64,000 nucleotides of DNA from Amoebophrya sp. A120 (Eukaryota; Protista; Dinoflagellata): the NCBI GenBank assembly GCA_905178155.1, contig CAJINV010000004.1, positions 10,399,655 to 10,463,654 on the forward strand, given 5' to 3'. This document shows, piece by piece, positions 12,540 through 26,500 of this stretch. Made by a program: the position numbers and the translations under genes. The notes under the pieces were generated by a model. The model worked only from the letters and a program-made list of their open reading frames with translations. It did no database searches and was not told where the DNA came from. Numbering within the stretch: position 1 is the stretch's first letter; every line of letters starts with the position of its first letter.

Positions 12540-13904
12540 GGCAGGATGGCTTCAGGAGACGAGTTGGCTTTGCTTGGTGTTCAAAAGCGCAGCGTTTTGG
12601 GTCGTTGCGTTCCTACGGTTGAAAGACACAGACTGTGTGTTCTAGGGTTTCAAAAACGAGCGGACGACCGTTGGAAAGTGACAAAAACATTTATGACATC
12701 GGCAACGATTCTGCAATCGTCGATCGTTGCACCTTTGGCGCTGGGACGACATTGTTTCGATACCAGTACGAAGTTACCAGTTCGAAACAAGCAGCTTAGT
12801 TTTTTCTGCGAAACTGGTGCGAAAGTGCGCTCACGATATAGGTGACGAAATCGACTACGAATTGACGGGGGGCAAGCCCAAGCACCAAAAGCATAGGTAA
12901 CCTGCGCTATTGCCGCATTCGTCCGTGTGAGACAGCTTGGTAGAAAGTACTGTGTCGAGAAGATCGACATACCTTTAGGCTGTTGCGACTTTTTTGCCAT
13001 AGACATACCACATTCAGCTTGCTGTAAAGTCTCACCACGGTTCAAAACTATTGTACAATTGGTTGCATCAAATTCAAATTGCAAGTGGCCTCATCCCACA
13101 GTCATATTCCGCGACGGAGCCGGTTTCAGCAAATGCAAATCGTCAAACAATTTTATGGTACACTTGTTATTGCTATTTCTGTTTCCTGTACTTCCTATCT
13201 TTGCCTAAAGCTAAAAATCTGCTGCAGAAACAATTTGAATGGACGACACGACACTGTATAATGGACAAAATGACAAACAAGTAGTGAAACAATCAATGTG
13301 CTAGATTGAAAAGTAAAATACGAAACAAGGGCTGAACTCTTTGCACTAGAAACTCATGCGTTGCCTCTTGCCCTGCTGCTCGCACTGCGATGTGAAGCAG
13401 CTTGCTTTGCTAAAATCTCTTCCGAAAAGGTTGCTATCATCTCTGATACTGATGCTAAAATCTAGTTTGGATAAAAAAATAAATGGTATACATAGAACAA
13501 GAATGGGTACGGCCTTTATCACATCAACTTCTACATTCTCATGTTGTACTAGAATAGCTCCACACAAAAACCACATGATTTTTTATACTGCAAAGTAATA
13601 CACTTCTGCAGCAGTGGTCGCCAATGTACGTAGGTTTTTCTTGCTTCAGTGCGTGGACTTTATTGGCCGATGTTTTTTTACTGAACTTTCGCTCCCGGTT
13701 CTCCTTCGTCCGATCATTTTTATTTTTTATCTTTCGCTTTCCGTATCACATTGAAAAATAAGGCCACGAAGTTTTCATTTTCCAATTCTAAAATTTCATT
13801 TTTCAGGACGAGGAGGAGATGAAAGAAAAATACAATTTATCAATAGCACTAGCACGATACCTGAAGACCATACTTACTAGAGAACAACATGCGCCACCTT
13901 CCCA

Positions 13905-16900
13905 TTACGCCTTCGAGACCTGCTTCGCGTGCTGGACGAATCGCTTCTGCGCCAGCCAGCCCGCCACAAAGTCTTGCAGCTGTCCTGAGTAAAAACGTCC
14001 CCACGCCAGAGTTGTAATGCAGATCTGCAAAGACAGGAAGACTTGTAATGCGCATCCCCATGAGAGCCATTTCTAATCGTGTATTGGAATTTTTGATGCT
14101 GTGAACAGGATGAGCAGATGAATCTGTGATGCGGCTGCACTTGCTGACCTGCACGACACTGCGGAGTGCAACCTGTCATGCGTGACTCCCAAAACTCCTA
14201 GGTTTGTGTTGCAAAATCCCCATCCTGACTCTGGTGTGGGGACGTTTTTACTCAGGATAGCAGCCAGGCGTTATTCAGCAGTTCGGCGTCGTAGAAAATC
14301 TTGACCAGCGACTTGTCAAAGGGCGGGAGGTATCAAATGCAAAAATGTCTGGGTCTGGAAAGTTGTGATGCAGGTCACTGAATAAGGAGGACACTGTAAT
14401 GCGCCGCCAAGCATGACAAGTTTTTTCATGCTTCTGCGTTGCGTATTCCGCATGAGAAACTGCGTGTTTGCATGATAGGCTAGGGGAGCTCTTGGTTGCC
14501 ACGCAATACAGATCCCAGAGTCATGCCAGACTAGCATACTCAACAAATCTCGCAATCTCCCAGACCCAGACATTTTTACAATCCATAGTAGGTTCTCCAG
14601 CTTTTTTCGCTGCCCCTCTTCCATGATGAGGTTCCCCCGGCTGGCGAAGTTGGCGGAGGCGGTCCGCGGGCGCCCGAGCGACTTGGACCGCGATGCCGAC
14701 GCGTCCGCCGCCGCCACGGGTAGTTGACTCACGGTCAGGGCCTCGAACGCGAGCTGAATAGAGTCCGTCTCCCGGTTATCCTGTGCAAAAGTATCGTACT
14801 CGTTCTGCAATCATGCATTACCAATCTTGTTCTTAAGGTAAATCCGCATTATATACAAATTTTATTTCTCATGCTGAGGAAATTTGTAATGCATTTATAC
14901 GAGTACGATACTTTTGCAGTTCATACCGGTCGATGTTGCGCTTGATGTCCTCGAGTTTGCACACGTTTGGCCACTATCAAATGTACAAATGTCTGGGTCT
15001 GGAAACTTGTGATGCTGGGTGCCGTCTCATGATGAGGCCACAAATGCTGGCTCAGCATGACAAGTTTCTGAGCTCCTCGGTGTTGCCTATTCTGCATGAC
15101 AGACTGCGCTTCTGCATCACAGAAAAACGGAGCTCTTGGGTAACGTGCATGACAGATTTAAGAGTCATGCCAGACAAGCATGACAAACATGAATTCTTCC
15201 AGACCCAGACATTTTTACAGTTGATAGCCACAGAATACCGTTTCGGCACCACCACAGGTCCTTTGCGAAATCGTCGCTGCGCTGGCCGCAGTCGTGCGTT
15301 TTTTGGTTCTTCCCGAAGATGACGGACCACTTGAGCCGCGTGCGGTCCGGCACGTGCAGCCGCAACGCACAGTAGCCCGGGAAACTCGCCTCCACGCCCC
15401 CCGGGTAGAACTCGATGACGACTGAAGACAGGTCCTGGAGCTTCTTGTCGCTGCTGCAGATGCTGCGCTCCCGCGGCCAGCTCACCTTGGTCTGGATCTT
15501 GGGGATGTTCCAGAGAAATTTGTTTTTACTGTTTTTCCCGCCGTCCTGCTCCCCGCTGCTGCTACTGGAGCCCGGCCGCTCCAGCCCGTTGCTATCGATC
15601 ACATCTATGGCCTCGGCCAGCTGCTGCTCTAGTTGCGTCTTTCTCGCCGCGTCCTCGGCGATTTGCTGTTCCGCGGCGCGCAGCTGCTCGCCCAGCTCCT
15701 GCGCGCGGGAGTCAGCCGTGCGGACGGTTTCTTTTTTAAAGGAGCAGTGTATATATTTCACATAATGCCTTTCATTGAGAACTGTCGAACTGCAGTTTTG
15801 AAGAACCCTGTATGGTATCTATGCTAGTGAGGAAAAACTATCCATGCTTGTCAAAAACTTCTTTCATACCTTCCATCCCCTCTAATTTGGTCTGCGTTTT
15901 AGACAATTCCGCCTTTTTGTTCTGGTATTCCTTTTATCAACTGTAAAAATGTCTGGGTCTGGAAGATTCTGAAACTTGTCATGCACGTTTTGCATGAGCC
16001 ATGATGTCTGTGATGCATACCCTAGCAATACAGATTTTTTGAGGGCTTCTTGATGCGTATTCCGCATGACAAATGCCTTCTCAACGTAGCAAAAATTGCA
16101 TTCCCTTTGGTACTCATGCAATACGGATTTTTTTCGAATCCAAATGCAGCATCACAAGTTGCATTCTTCCAGACCCAGACATTTTTACATTTGATACCTT
16201 TTGTAGCTCCTTCAAGGCCGCTTTGCTTTTCTCCGCCGCGTCCCGGAGCGGCCCGATCATCTTCTGCGTTTCTTCCCGAATTTTGGCCAGCAGTGTGGCT
16301 TTTTCTTGCTCGAATTGCTTGAACAGCTCCGCTTCCCGTTTGTCGACCGCTCGCTTGGCTGCCAGCTCGATTTTCGCGGGCATCGACTCCTGCAAGTCAA
16401 AGAGCTCCTCCCGGGTCTGCGACAGCTCCTTCTGCGTCTTCAGGAAGAACATGCGGCTGTCGCCGAGTAGTCGCAGGTACTTCGTCATCTGCATTTTTGT
16501 TAAAATGCCGCCCAGCCGCATCTTCTCTAGTTCGCGGATCACGTCCTGGAGTTCGGGATCTTTCCTCGCATCGTATCCGGAATCCTCGTTTTCGTTACCG
16601 CTACTACTAAATCGGGCATAGTAGTCAACCAGGTCGCCGTCGGAACTGATGGATATCCGTTCGGGGCCCTCGTACCTGCAGGGAGGATACGGATTTTTGC
16701 TGGCCCAAACTTCCGGAAGTTTATTTTGCATAGCACATCGAAGAATCGTAAAATTTAAAGTCGATGAAAACACGTACAAAACCGAGCACGAACTCAACAT
16801 GTTCTTTTTGCTCTCATACATGATACCCAGAGTAGATCGCCTGAAGCTCTTTTCCATGCGGGAGCTTCAATCCGAGGGCGTCTAAAATATCCTCCGACAA

Positions 16901-17383
16901 CTCCTGCACCGTTTTTGCGGCCTGCATTCGCTCTGCGTCCTCGACATCGACGACGAAAACGAGGAAGTTGTTAAATGGCGGCGGTTTTTTTACGTGGGTC
17001 TTGCACAGCGGAGTTACCATATTTGCGCCCATCGTCGGACCGGCCTTCAGAACTTGGTAGCCTGATGTGGTTATAGAGATTTCTACATACAGAAACAAAA
17101 TTCATTCTCGAGCGGCGAATTTCTTTGATGTCCCGCACACACGAAAACGCAATCAGTTCGGATATTCATTGCAATAATTTTACGTACTTACTGTATGCGT
17201 CACAAAAACATCAAAATCATGTATAATACGTCCATGTGCGGTCCCTGGCCTTTGCGGCGACTTGTTGACCGCTCTCGTTCGCATTGCAGGCTTGGAAGTT
17301 TGTGGTCTCAGCCGGGGCGGCGGGGCGGTTTCCTGGAGCGACCCTATCGGGTCCTCCAGAACGCGGTCTACCATGCTGTTCAT
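13905..17383 (-). CDS. Coiled-coil protein with C-terminal MATH/TRAF-like domain (5 introners plus canonical introns; 5' exons uncertain)
   Basis: Heptad-rich 16114-16857 and 15600-15761; FLWNIPKI...IEFYPGG...YCALRLHVP...ILW|PNVCKLEDIKRNIDR|ETDSIQL resembles MATH; ends ENL|PPFDK...AWL|QDFVAG...VSKA*. Confidence 0.65.
13981..14259. mobile_element. Introner family B
   Basis: TGTCCTGAGTAAAAACGTCCCCAC...CTCAGGATA; TSD GCAGC. Confidence 0.92.
14331..14587. mobile_element. Introner family A
   Basis: Family A TIRs; TSD GGAGG/GTAGG. Confidence 0.88.
14777..14925. mobile_element. Introner family C
   Basis: TATCCTGTGCAAAAGTATCGTACTCGT...ACGAGTACGATACTTTTGCAGTTCATA; TSD CCGGT. Confidence 0.92.
14975..15226. 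mobile_element. Introner family A
   Basis: Family A TIRs; TSD GCCAC. Confidence 0.92.
15731..15869 (-). other. Canonical GT-AG intron
   Basis: GTATGA...AAAAG; joins GME-E-TVRT in frame. Confidence 0.65.
15935..16196. mobile_element. Introner family A
   Basis: Family A TIRs; TSD CCTTT; reverse orientation relative to 3964-4225. Confidence 0.92.
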
Positions 17384-18327
17384 GTTCTTGAGATCGAGAA
17401 AACAGACGTCACCACCTCAACCCTCTCCAAAACACTTCTTTCAACGTAAATAAAACCCCGGTCCCAGAAAAAAGAAAAAAAGATCTCTGTGCAGCAAATG
17501 TGTTTTTTCAGTGTTTTTGCTTTGGCCTCTGCAAGGGTGAAAGCGTTGATTTATACCAGCGGTGGCTGCGCCGGGGTTTAGTCTGTCTTAGTGTAACGAT
17601 GCGTGCCGGTACTACCAGGAAAAAGTAAGCAGGTGACCAAGAATCAGGATCAGCCACTTCGAAATAAAACAAAAGCGAACTGGGCTTTGCACGAGAAAAA
17701 ACTGACGATTGTTACTGCAGTCCCGCCCTCCCGAAGTTTCCGACGAGGCAACGAATCTGATTTCAATTTGACCAAGAACGACAGGTGACGGTGCGAGGCG
17801 CCCAGAACAAACGGGGATTGTATGTAGAGAGCATACGTCTTCAAGCCACGACTAGGCACTGAAGCCATGATACGCCCGTAGTTTCAATCCTGAGACAACC
17901 AAAAAAGTTAGGCGACCAGTACTTGCAGCGTTTGACTTCCATTGCAAAATTGAGAGTATTTTCTGATAAACAAGATTTTGATTTTCTTCGGGAATTAAGA
18001 AACGAGGCTACTCCTGGTTGTTGTACAAGTACACGTACAACAATGTATTATTCGATCCTACAAACGAAGCATCATTCGTGATTATCTCGACTCTGGCTGG
18101 TAACCAAAATTCCGTTCTCTTTTTCTTATTCTTCCACTCCACTGAAGATTTGCCAAAATAAACCGTTTGACTTCGCATTTATCAGTCCATGGCGACGGTT
18201 GAAGGTTTTTTTCCCGACGGAGTATCTGTAGCGTGGATCGATGAGAAAAGGATCGGTCACAAACTATTCCATGTGCATCACGCAGTTAAATGATGATTGC
18301 AGCTTGCTTAAATCGAAAAACAGGGGA

Positions 18328-20282
18328 TCATGCAACAGCATAATTACCTGTTGTCGGTGCGGTTGTACCCGCATCCAAAGGTTTGCTGAAAGCCTCCAGG
18401 CGAAGGGTTCCCAACGTAGCCCTTGTAGCCGTGTCGTACACCTCTTGGTACTCCTCTTTCTTTTGCAGGACGTCCTTTTCCCCTCGATCAACCCAGGCCC
18501 GCAGGGTCGCAAGTCGGTCCTGCGAAAATCCGGCATCGGCTACGGCAGCGTCCACGAAGTCGATAAACTTCCAGACGTATCCATTTTTGACAATGCGAAA
18601 CAAAAGTCGATGGCACGCCGCAAGCCGGTACGCTAGGCCTTCCTGTAACTGCGCCCACACGCGGTCGCTATCTTCTATACTGCGAAACAATTTGGTCAGC
18701 CGCGTTTTTGCGAGCAGGAAGTTCGGGTGGTCAGTCGATAACCTGTGGAAACAAACAAATGGCCCGACATAGGGATAGGTATTGCTGAAGTGTTCCCAGT
18801 AGAAACACCACACAAAGAGCTGTTTGAAGTCCACGAGCGGCCAGTCCTCAATCTGCTTCAATGCTGGCTCGATGATCTCCAAGAAGAGCTGACTCTGCTC
18901 GAATGGTACGGTTTTCCTGTCGTAGTGAGGGAGGTCACAGACCCAACCTGGTAGTGTAGATCAATTCAATTCCTATTAATTTTTGCATCCGACGATTTAT
19001 CTCACGAGATGAACAAGTAGGCAAATTCAAAAATTTTCCAAAGATCGCACCTAAGCAGTCCATGACTGATGCCTGCTTCCAAATCAGACGATCACACTCA
19101 AGATAAGAAACGACCAATATAGTACCTATTTTCAATACCTGGTCTGAACAGGAAAGCGGCTAAGACACGCTCAGCATACGCTTGTCTGCGAGTTTTCGTC
19201 TTCAGACGTACACCAGGAGCAGCGTTGCTGTCTTTGGGTCCTACCGGCCATCCATGAACCAACCAGGCGTCATCTGACAGCGCCAGCACCCGCCGAATGA
19301 TCTTCCAATTGTTTCGCAGGCAACTCGCGTGAGCCGGAGAGAGTTCCTCGGTGAGTCCGCTTTCCACTGGCAACACAAGGCGAACTGCTTTTTTCTCCAG
19401 CTCGAAGAGACGTTTGTCGATTTCAGGTAGCGGTTGCTGGTCGGTGGCACAGTTTGCAGTGTTCAGGTACTCGTCGTACGTCCGATCATAAAGCCAATTG
19501 TCTATCGCCGGCTGGCGCGTCCCGTACGCCCCCAAAACCACATCTTCCAATGCGCTAGGTTGGCCGCGCTTGTAATCATCCGTACGCGCTAGAGTAGCAA
19601 TCCACATACGCTCCAATGTGCGGCCTGCGTCGGTGAAGGTCGACACCCCGAAAGTTCTGCGCCCAAACAGCTTACCGTCGTCGGTGTGTGGATTGTTCAT
19701 GGACACGAGGAGGATGTAAACCGTCGTTGGCGTTTTCTGGTTCCGTGAACTGTACACCAACTCCTCGTCGTGCGGAAGTTCGGCGAAGGAACTCGCTTTA
19801 CCAGTCACGCCGCTCTTGGCAGCCTGACCGTTCTCCGCCGTGTTGGTAGAATGCTTGTTGTCGCCGACATTTCCGGATGTTGCACTGCGCACATCGTCCC
19901 TGCGGTCTGGACTTCCGGCTGCGGTATCGTCGTGGTCCAGTTGCAATTTCTCTGGCGAGCGATCCCCAGCACCCCCCTGCTCGTCCGCGTTGTCCGAGGC
20001 CGCCTCTCCGAAAACTTCTTTCACGAACCAAACCCGGTCCTTCGGAGGCACGAGCTGCGTCTTCGGATCGAAAAGACCGGAGTGGGAAAGGATTTTATCA
20101 TCGTACAGGTCCTTGACAAATCGCACCTCGTCTGAGTTGACATCAATTTGTACTTCGTATCCCCCGATGGTTTTGATAACGATGGTCTGCGTGGTTGCAG
20201 CGCCTGGGGCAGGGGCGTCTCCGGGAGCTGGAGCTGGTCGTTTGGCGCTGGAGCTCGAAGCAGCGCAGGAGGAAGCCATCAT
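18328..20282 (-). CDS. Hypothetical protein with ubiquitin-like N-terminal segment (one GT-AG intron)
   Basis: TIVIKTIGGYEVQIDV...VKDL is Ubl-like; intron 18948-19138 joins FRP-G-WVCDLP...LEIIEPALK. Confidence 0.6.
18948..19138 (-). other. Canonical GT-AG intron
   Basis: GTATTG...ACCAG, in-frame join of two ORFs. Confidence 0.7.
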
Positions 20283-23200
20283 TGCAAATCTATGAAATCG
20301 TCCTGCCGCCGCGTACACACTACAGAGAAGCAAAGCAAAAAAGCAAAGAACAACTAAAGTAAGAAACAGTAGTGGTCTAGCGAAAGAAGATTTATTTTGA
20401 AACTCGTCGCAACAAAAGATAGTGTCCACGACGACTAGGAAAAGTCACACATCAAACGAAGGCTTATTTTGCTTCGTGGGGAAAAAGGGCCTGAGTTCAA
20501 AGTTGGAACGCTTGTGGCAGTTTTTTTGCTTTGCCGGAAAAAGCATGTTGACGAGCAAGTACAGACACAAGTGAAGCGAAATTTGCGGAGCGACCTCTGC
20601 AAAGAAACAAGATTTGAAACTCGATCTCGTGCCCTCAATTTGCGAGACAGGTGTTGCCGATTGTTCGACGAAAAACTACTCGATGCAACTGACACGACTC
20701 TTGCGAAACGATCTACAAGTCGACACAGCTCCGTCAAAAAACGAAAAAACAGCTCAAAACTAGTCGGGCGAATTCACAGAGCAACCACGAGCAGTGTGTG
20801 ATCGGACAGTGTAGTGCTTGTCGTAGAGATGGAATACAAAAAAGAACCGATGCACGAAGTGGATCGATATTAGGGTTCATCTTGTTAATATCGTTTTCGA
20901 CGGAGTTACTGAGAGCTTGCTCCATGGCTGTCTAAAATCTTTGCCAGTACAACCTTCAGTCCCTGTCCCTCCTAGCGCGATTACAAATCTATCACCGACA
21001 TACACGACAAAATCGAACTCAGATCAGGCGGGCGCGCAAAGGCATCCGCCTAAATCAGCGCGGTTCGGATCTTCGATTCCTCCTCGCGTGCGCACATGAC
21101 GCGGATTCAGAAAAACTAGGCTCGCAGACCGCGTAGGCAGCTTTATCTTGCCGCTCTACATACTACATTCCTCGAGCTGCCCTTCCCAACATGTTTCGGC
21201 AATAAGGCTGACCGTGGCAGGCGAATTACGCGATACGGCTGGCCGGACGAGCAGGTGATACGGATGCACCGGCGCCAATCTCAGTGCGGCGCTCGTTAGG
21301 TACTTAACTAGCTGCCCTCGCGGCTGACACTCAGAGCTCATTGCGCGGGCCGTCTGCAACAATGTCGCCATTCTGCAAAGCGGCCCGGCAACTAGCTACC
21401 GCGGGCGTGTGGACGTCCATTACCGTCGCGCCCGCCCCCACCTGTCACCCCGAAGAGGCGCGGGCCTTGCCGGCCGGAAAGGCGTGGGCGCAGAAGCTTG
21501 GGCGCCACACGCACGAAACGCCTGCGGTCGGGCGGGTGGCGCTGCGGTGCGCTGGGGGGGGGGGCGAAGTCAGTAAAACGGCGGCGCAAAGCACTTTGTC
21601 CGGATGGGGCATCCGGGCCATGGTCGGTCCGGCCGCGCCGCCGGCCCCGGGCCCCGCGCCCTGCGTGCCTGGGCTGCGTACGCTTCCGGCGGGCCAGGCC
21701 TACGCGTATGCCCCTGCCCACTTCTGTCGCAATTCCATGCGCTTCGGCTTACGCAGCGCGCCGCGCGCAATGCGCCGGGGCCGGCCAGACAGTCTCGCGC
21801 GGCTCTGAATGGTGTGCCACGCCGATCGCTACACCGAGCAGGACAAATTCCCAACAAGCTAAATAGCCCTGTCGGATATCGGCTTGACAGAAATTTCATG
21901 CGGCCCACACTCAACTGGGAATCTCATCTTTCCCTCAATCCGCCACTCCAGTTTCTCGCATCAAATTCGCTGAGGTCGTCTGAAAGAGGCAAAAGTCCCT
22001 CAGTTGTTCTTGTTACTTATCTCAAGTTCATTCGTGGAGGGATAATAGAAATCCACGTAGGCGTAGCAATCGCTCTCATTGCAGAGCATTTCTAATCTCC
22101 GCCAAAAGCCTCGATCGAATACGAACACAATACACGGATTGCCTTGTGCTGTTCCAGCTGTGCTGGTCTTGATGTCCTTGGGCGTCTAGATGCTTCCAAC
22201 TCCCAGCCGTCCTTTCAAAAGCGAAACTACACTGCCGACGGCAATAGAACTGATGAGTGGCTGGCGACTGGCGCAAAACGGCCGACCAGGAGGACGCCGA
22301 AGATACGCCGGCGCCCACACAGATGCATTGCCGCGTCTGCGGAGTGGCTGCTCTCGCGCCTGGCGGATGCCACGTTGGCGGCTTGCTGAACATACAAAAC
22401 GTCGCAGAGGCGGCGCATACAGGGTGGCTGCCGCGAGCGTGCGGGCGCGCGCTGCTGTGGTGCCTCGCTTGCCCCGGGGGCGCCGACCTCACTGGCCGGC
22501 ACATGTAAGAACGCCCCGCGGCATGGATTGCGCGCGCGCGCGCAGGGCGAGGGCTTCCCACCCTCGGCCCTTTGTTTTTTCGGCCAGCCTGGGGCCGGCT
22601 GGGCACGCTCAACAACCAAGGGGGCCACCGCTGGCACCGCCCGAAGCTGGCCCCGGGCAAAGTGCCCAAACCAAAATCGGGGCAACACATAGGCCAGGCG
22701 CGTCGCTGTCTACATGCAGACCTCTCCTGGGTAGCCCGCCTCTCACTGCCATCTTCAGTCTGCAATAGCGCAATAAGCACCAGCGCAACTGCCAGGCTGG
22801 CAACATACAAGTGACAACCAGAAGGCTTCTTGCCCGTTCGGCAACGAGTTTCGCTTTTTTTTCAAACCCAGTCGCGAGGAGGCAGCTAGCGGCGGAATTG
22901 ATGTGGCAACGAGCAGGGAATATACCTGGACACGTGCCCCAGCGCGGGCAATGGACATGCGCCAGCACGCTGCCCCGCGGCAACTACCAGGACACACAGC
23001 GGGCACACGTACAAGCGTACCCAGCCGCGTCTGGAACTACTCACCTCTTGCGATGAAAAATTCAAACGCGCTTGCGTATGTATCCAAAATTCCTCCCCGC
23101 TCACGACTGCTGTGTAAATCTCTCAACTTCCTCCCAGCCCCTTCCTCCGGTTTCTCAAAAACGCGCTTACCTCCTCTCGGAGAGGCAGAATAAACTCCAA

Positions 23201-23587
23201 TCTGATCTCCAGATTTTTGCTCAGTGTCACATAGCAGAAACCCAATTCATTGGCACTCGCTTTCGTTGCACATTTCTTTATTTTCTCCTCTCCAACTATC
23301 TAATTCTAAAGGCTCAAGGAACAACAAAAGCAGATCTACGCCCTTGCGGTAATGCTGATATCGACGTTCCTCGTCTCTTTAGCAAGATGATATTGGATGC
23401 CGAAGGTGCTGATGGCCGTGTATCGTACTACCATGTCGTTCAAATGATTTCGACTGGCATCTTCGATCTGCTGAAATTATGAATGCCAACCATGGATGCA
23501 GGCAAGGAAGAGCAGGACTTCTGTCTATAGCATGCGCAAAGAGGGCTAGGTTTTTCAACTTCACGCCTATCATCGAGAATTGTCCCC

Positions 23588-26500
23588 TCAATCTTTCGGA
23601 AACTCGTCGAATTCTTCAGCCGCCTGCCCGTCGCTGCCGAAAAACAGCGACCGGCCCTTCTGCGCAATTTTCGCCGTGACTTCGTTGTGCGTCTTGGCAA
23701 TTTTCGCCGTGACCTGCTGGTGCGTTTCCGCGATTTTGGCGGTCACCTGCATGTGCGTCTTCTGGGCAGTGTCCTGGAGCTGTTTGCCGTATTCCTTGGC
23801 TTATCAAATGCAAAAATGTCTGGGCCTGGAAGGTTCTGAGACTTGTCACGCACGGTTTGCCAAGCCATGATGTCTTTGATGCATGCCCTAGTATCACAGG
23901 TTTTTTGAGGGATTCTTAGTGCATATTCCGCATGACAAATGGAAATGCCCTCTCCGCGTAGCAGATATTACATTCCTTTTGCTGCTCATGCAACACAAAT
24001 TTATCCGACATCCAAATGCAGCATCACAAGTTGCATTCTTCCAGACCCAGACACTTTTGCATTTGATATGGCTTGCGTCACTGGATCGTCGAGGAAGTCT
24101 TCGAATTGGTCGAACAAGTCGTGATACTGCGAATTCAGGTCGTAGCTCGTATCAAAATTCGGAAGGAGGTACCTGATGTGGTTTTTTTTGCATTGCAGCA
24201 AACACTTACCTTTTCAAGATTTTGCTTGTGCTCGCAGCAATGTTCTCTCAGAAGCCAGTGCAAAGAAAAGCCGGCTCTGTAATAACTAAATACACTTCTC
24301 GCCCTGCAAACACAATAACCAGCAGCAAAGCAGTTGTACTGTTTTCCCTCGGCATACAGCACCAGCCTCTCCATGGGCACCACGTCCGGGATCGGCATCA
24401 AGGCCGGACTCGCAACGGGGGACGCTGTGGTGCGTCGCAGTGAGCCGATGCTGCCGCTCAGTGGGGACGCCACGGTGCCGCGCATGATGACCCGGGACTG
24501 CCGCCCATCGTTGACGTAGTCCAGTGTGGTAGATGCTGCGAACCCGTCGAGCGCACCGTGCGTGTCCTTCGAGAACATGGATTGGCGATAGGTCGGCCTG
24601 CTGCCGCTGTTCCCCGGGAAGGCGGGAGACGTAACTGAGGATAGATTCGGGTTCAGGAAATGCGACCGGAGAACCATCTCTCAAATGTAAAAATGTCTGG
24701 GTCTGGAAGATTGCGAGATTTGTCATGCATATTTCGGATCATGCAAATGGCGTCTGATGCAGGCGAAAGAATCACAGGCTTGGAGCACGCCTCATGATGC
24801 CTGTCCCGCATGAAATACTTCCTACTTGCGTGCCAAGAAATGGACAGCTTTTGGCGCTCATGCAACACAAATTTTTGTGTGTTCCAGAGTTTGCATCACA
24901 AGTTCCAACCCTTCCAGACCCAGACATTTTTACATTTGATACCATCACGGGATTGGTGTTTTGATACGTGAAGCCAAACCGCGACTCGACTTCCTTGTAG
25001 GTGAACGGATTCGCCTGGTGCATTTGTGCGCGGTGCGAAATTTGGAACGGCCGCATGAAAAAATGCAGCACCGCGAGGTAGGCAAAGCTCCAAAACAGGC
25101 CCGCCGCGACGCAGTTGAGAATCACGTCCTCAAACCGGTAGTCTGTCAGCGCTGCCCGGACTTGCCCGACGACGCTGTCAATCAGGTCGAAACGGGAAAA
25201 AGCGGAGAAGAAGGAAAAGGAACCTGCGTCACTTCTCGAGGTCGACGGCTTGATGTCGTCTTTGCTTCCACGATTCTTGTCGCTGGTCTCTTGCTTTGTC
25301 GTTGTTCCACGATGATTTTCTTGCAGCAGGAGGCGTCGAAGGCCTAGTTCCTCTGTTGCAGGTTCTGCATCATCAGCTCTTCCATTACTTGACCTGTCGT
25401 GATTAGTCTGCGCTCTTCGCGCGTGCAGCGGACTGCCCTGTTGCGTCTCGGAGGTTGTGGTCTCCCTCGTTACACCGGCTGCCGCCCGCATTTCCACCTT
25501 CGCGGCAGCGGCGGTTTCTGCTCTGTCCGCTTCGTTGCCAGAAGAGGATTCCGGTGGCAGCTCTCCGGTCGAACCGTACAGCAACTGGAGCGGCGCGTCC
25601 TCCTCTTCCTGGAGATGCTGCTGGCCGCTGGGAAGATGTGATGTGGAAGAAGAAGCTCTGCTTCCAGAGGTGGAATGCATAACCATCCCCCTTTCCCGCC
25701 CAACGATCCTGCTCGGCTGCGACTTGGTGGTTTGTCCCACTGGCACAAGATGGTGCTGCTGCTGTTGCAGCAGCGCTGCGCCGGCGATGGCAGCGCGGTG
25801 GAACAATAGCGAGGAGGTAGGTGCAGTGGAACTTGTACTAGCTCCACCAGTGGAGACCACGACTGGTTCTACCACCCCGGGGGTAGTTCGTGTTCGGTAT
25901 ATTCTCGTCCTAACTTGCAGTTCATCTTTCGCCGCGAACAATTTTTCCTCGTCGTCGCGCGATAAAGTCGGTTTTTTCGGTGGTGGCAGAGGGTTATCAT
26001 TATTTTTCGACATTTTCTGTCTCTCCTCGCGGTCATCTTCTACGCGGCCGCCGCGCAAAGATACCTCCAACCTCCTCCCGAACAGTCCCGAGAATGGGTT
26101 CATGCTTTTCGCAGTCCCCTCGGCCGCGGATTCGTTCTGAATCTCCTTGAGCACAGCGTCGCCGACCGCCAAAGCCTCGAGCCGCTTGTACCGCTGTTCC
26201 CACCACTCCGTGTTGGCGCCCATCACGCCGACGATCATTCCCCAAAAGTAGAAGCACATGGAGCTCAGCGTGCCCGTGGAGAAGTAGGTGATCTTGCTCT
26301 GCGTCAAGTGCAGGACCTTCTGGGAGCAGTACATGAAACAGGCGAAGAGAAACAGCGTGTAGAAGATCCGGTACTGGAACTGCGGGGAGCAGAGGTACAA
26401 AAACCCGACACACCAGAGCGGCAGAATCACGTGGCTGGAGTAGTCCCACGCGACGTAGATCATGGGCGGCTCCGAGTACTTCTCCGCGACCCGCAGCTCG

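Noticed and set aside
12650-13576. Possible upstream exons or a small separate minus-strand gene
   Set aside because: Could not establish splice joins or homology
21330-23060. GC-rich intergenic blocks with several 100-240 aa ORFs and weak mutual similarity (~21394 versus ~22427)
   Set aside because: No recognisable domains or termini; ORFs are explained by GC content and the similarity is too weak to call
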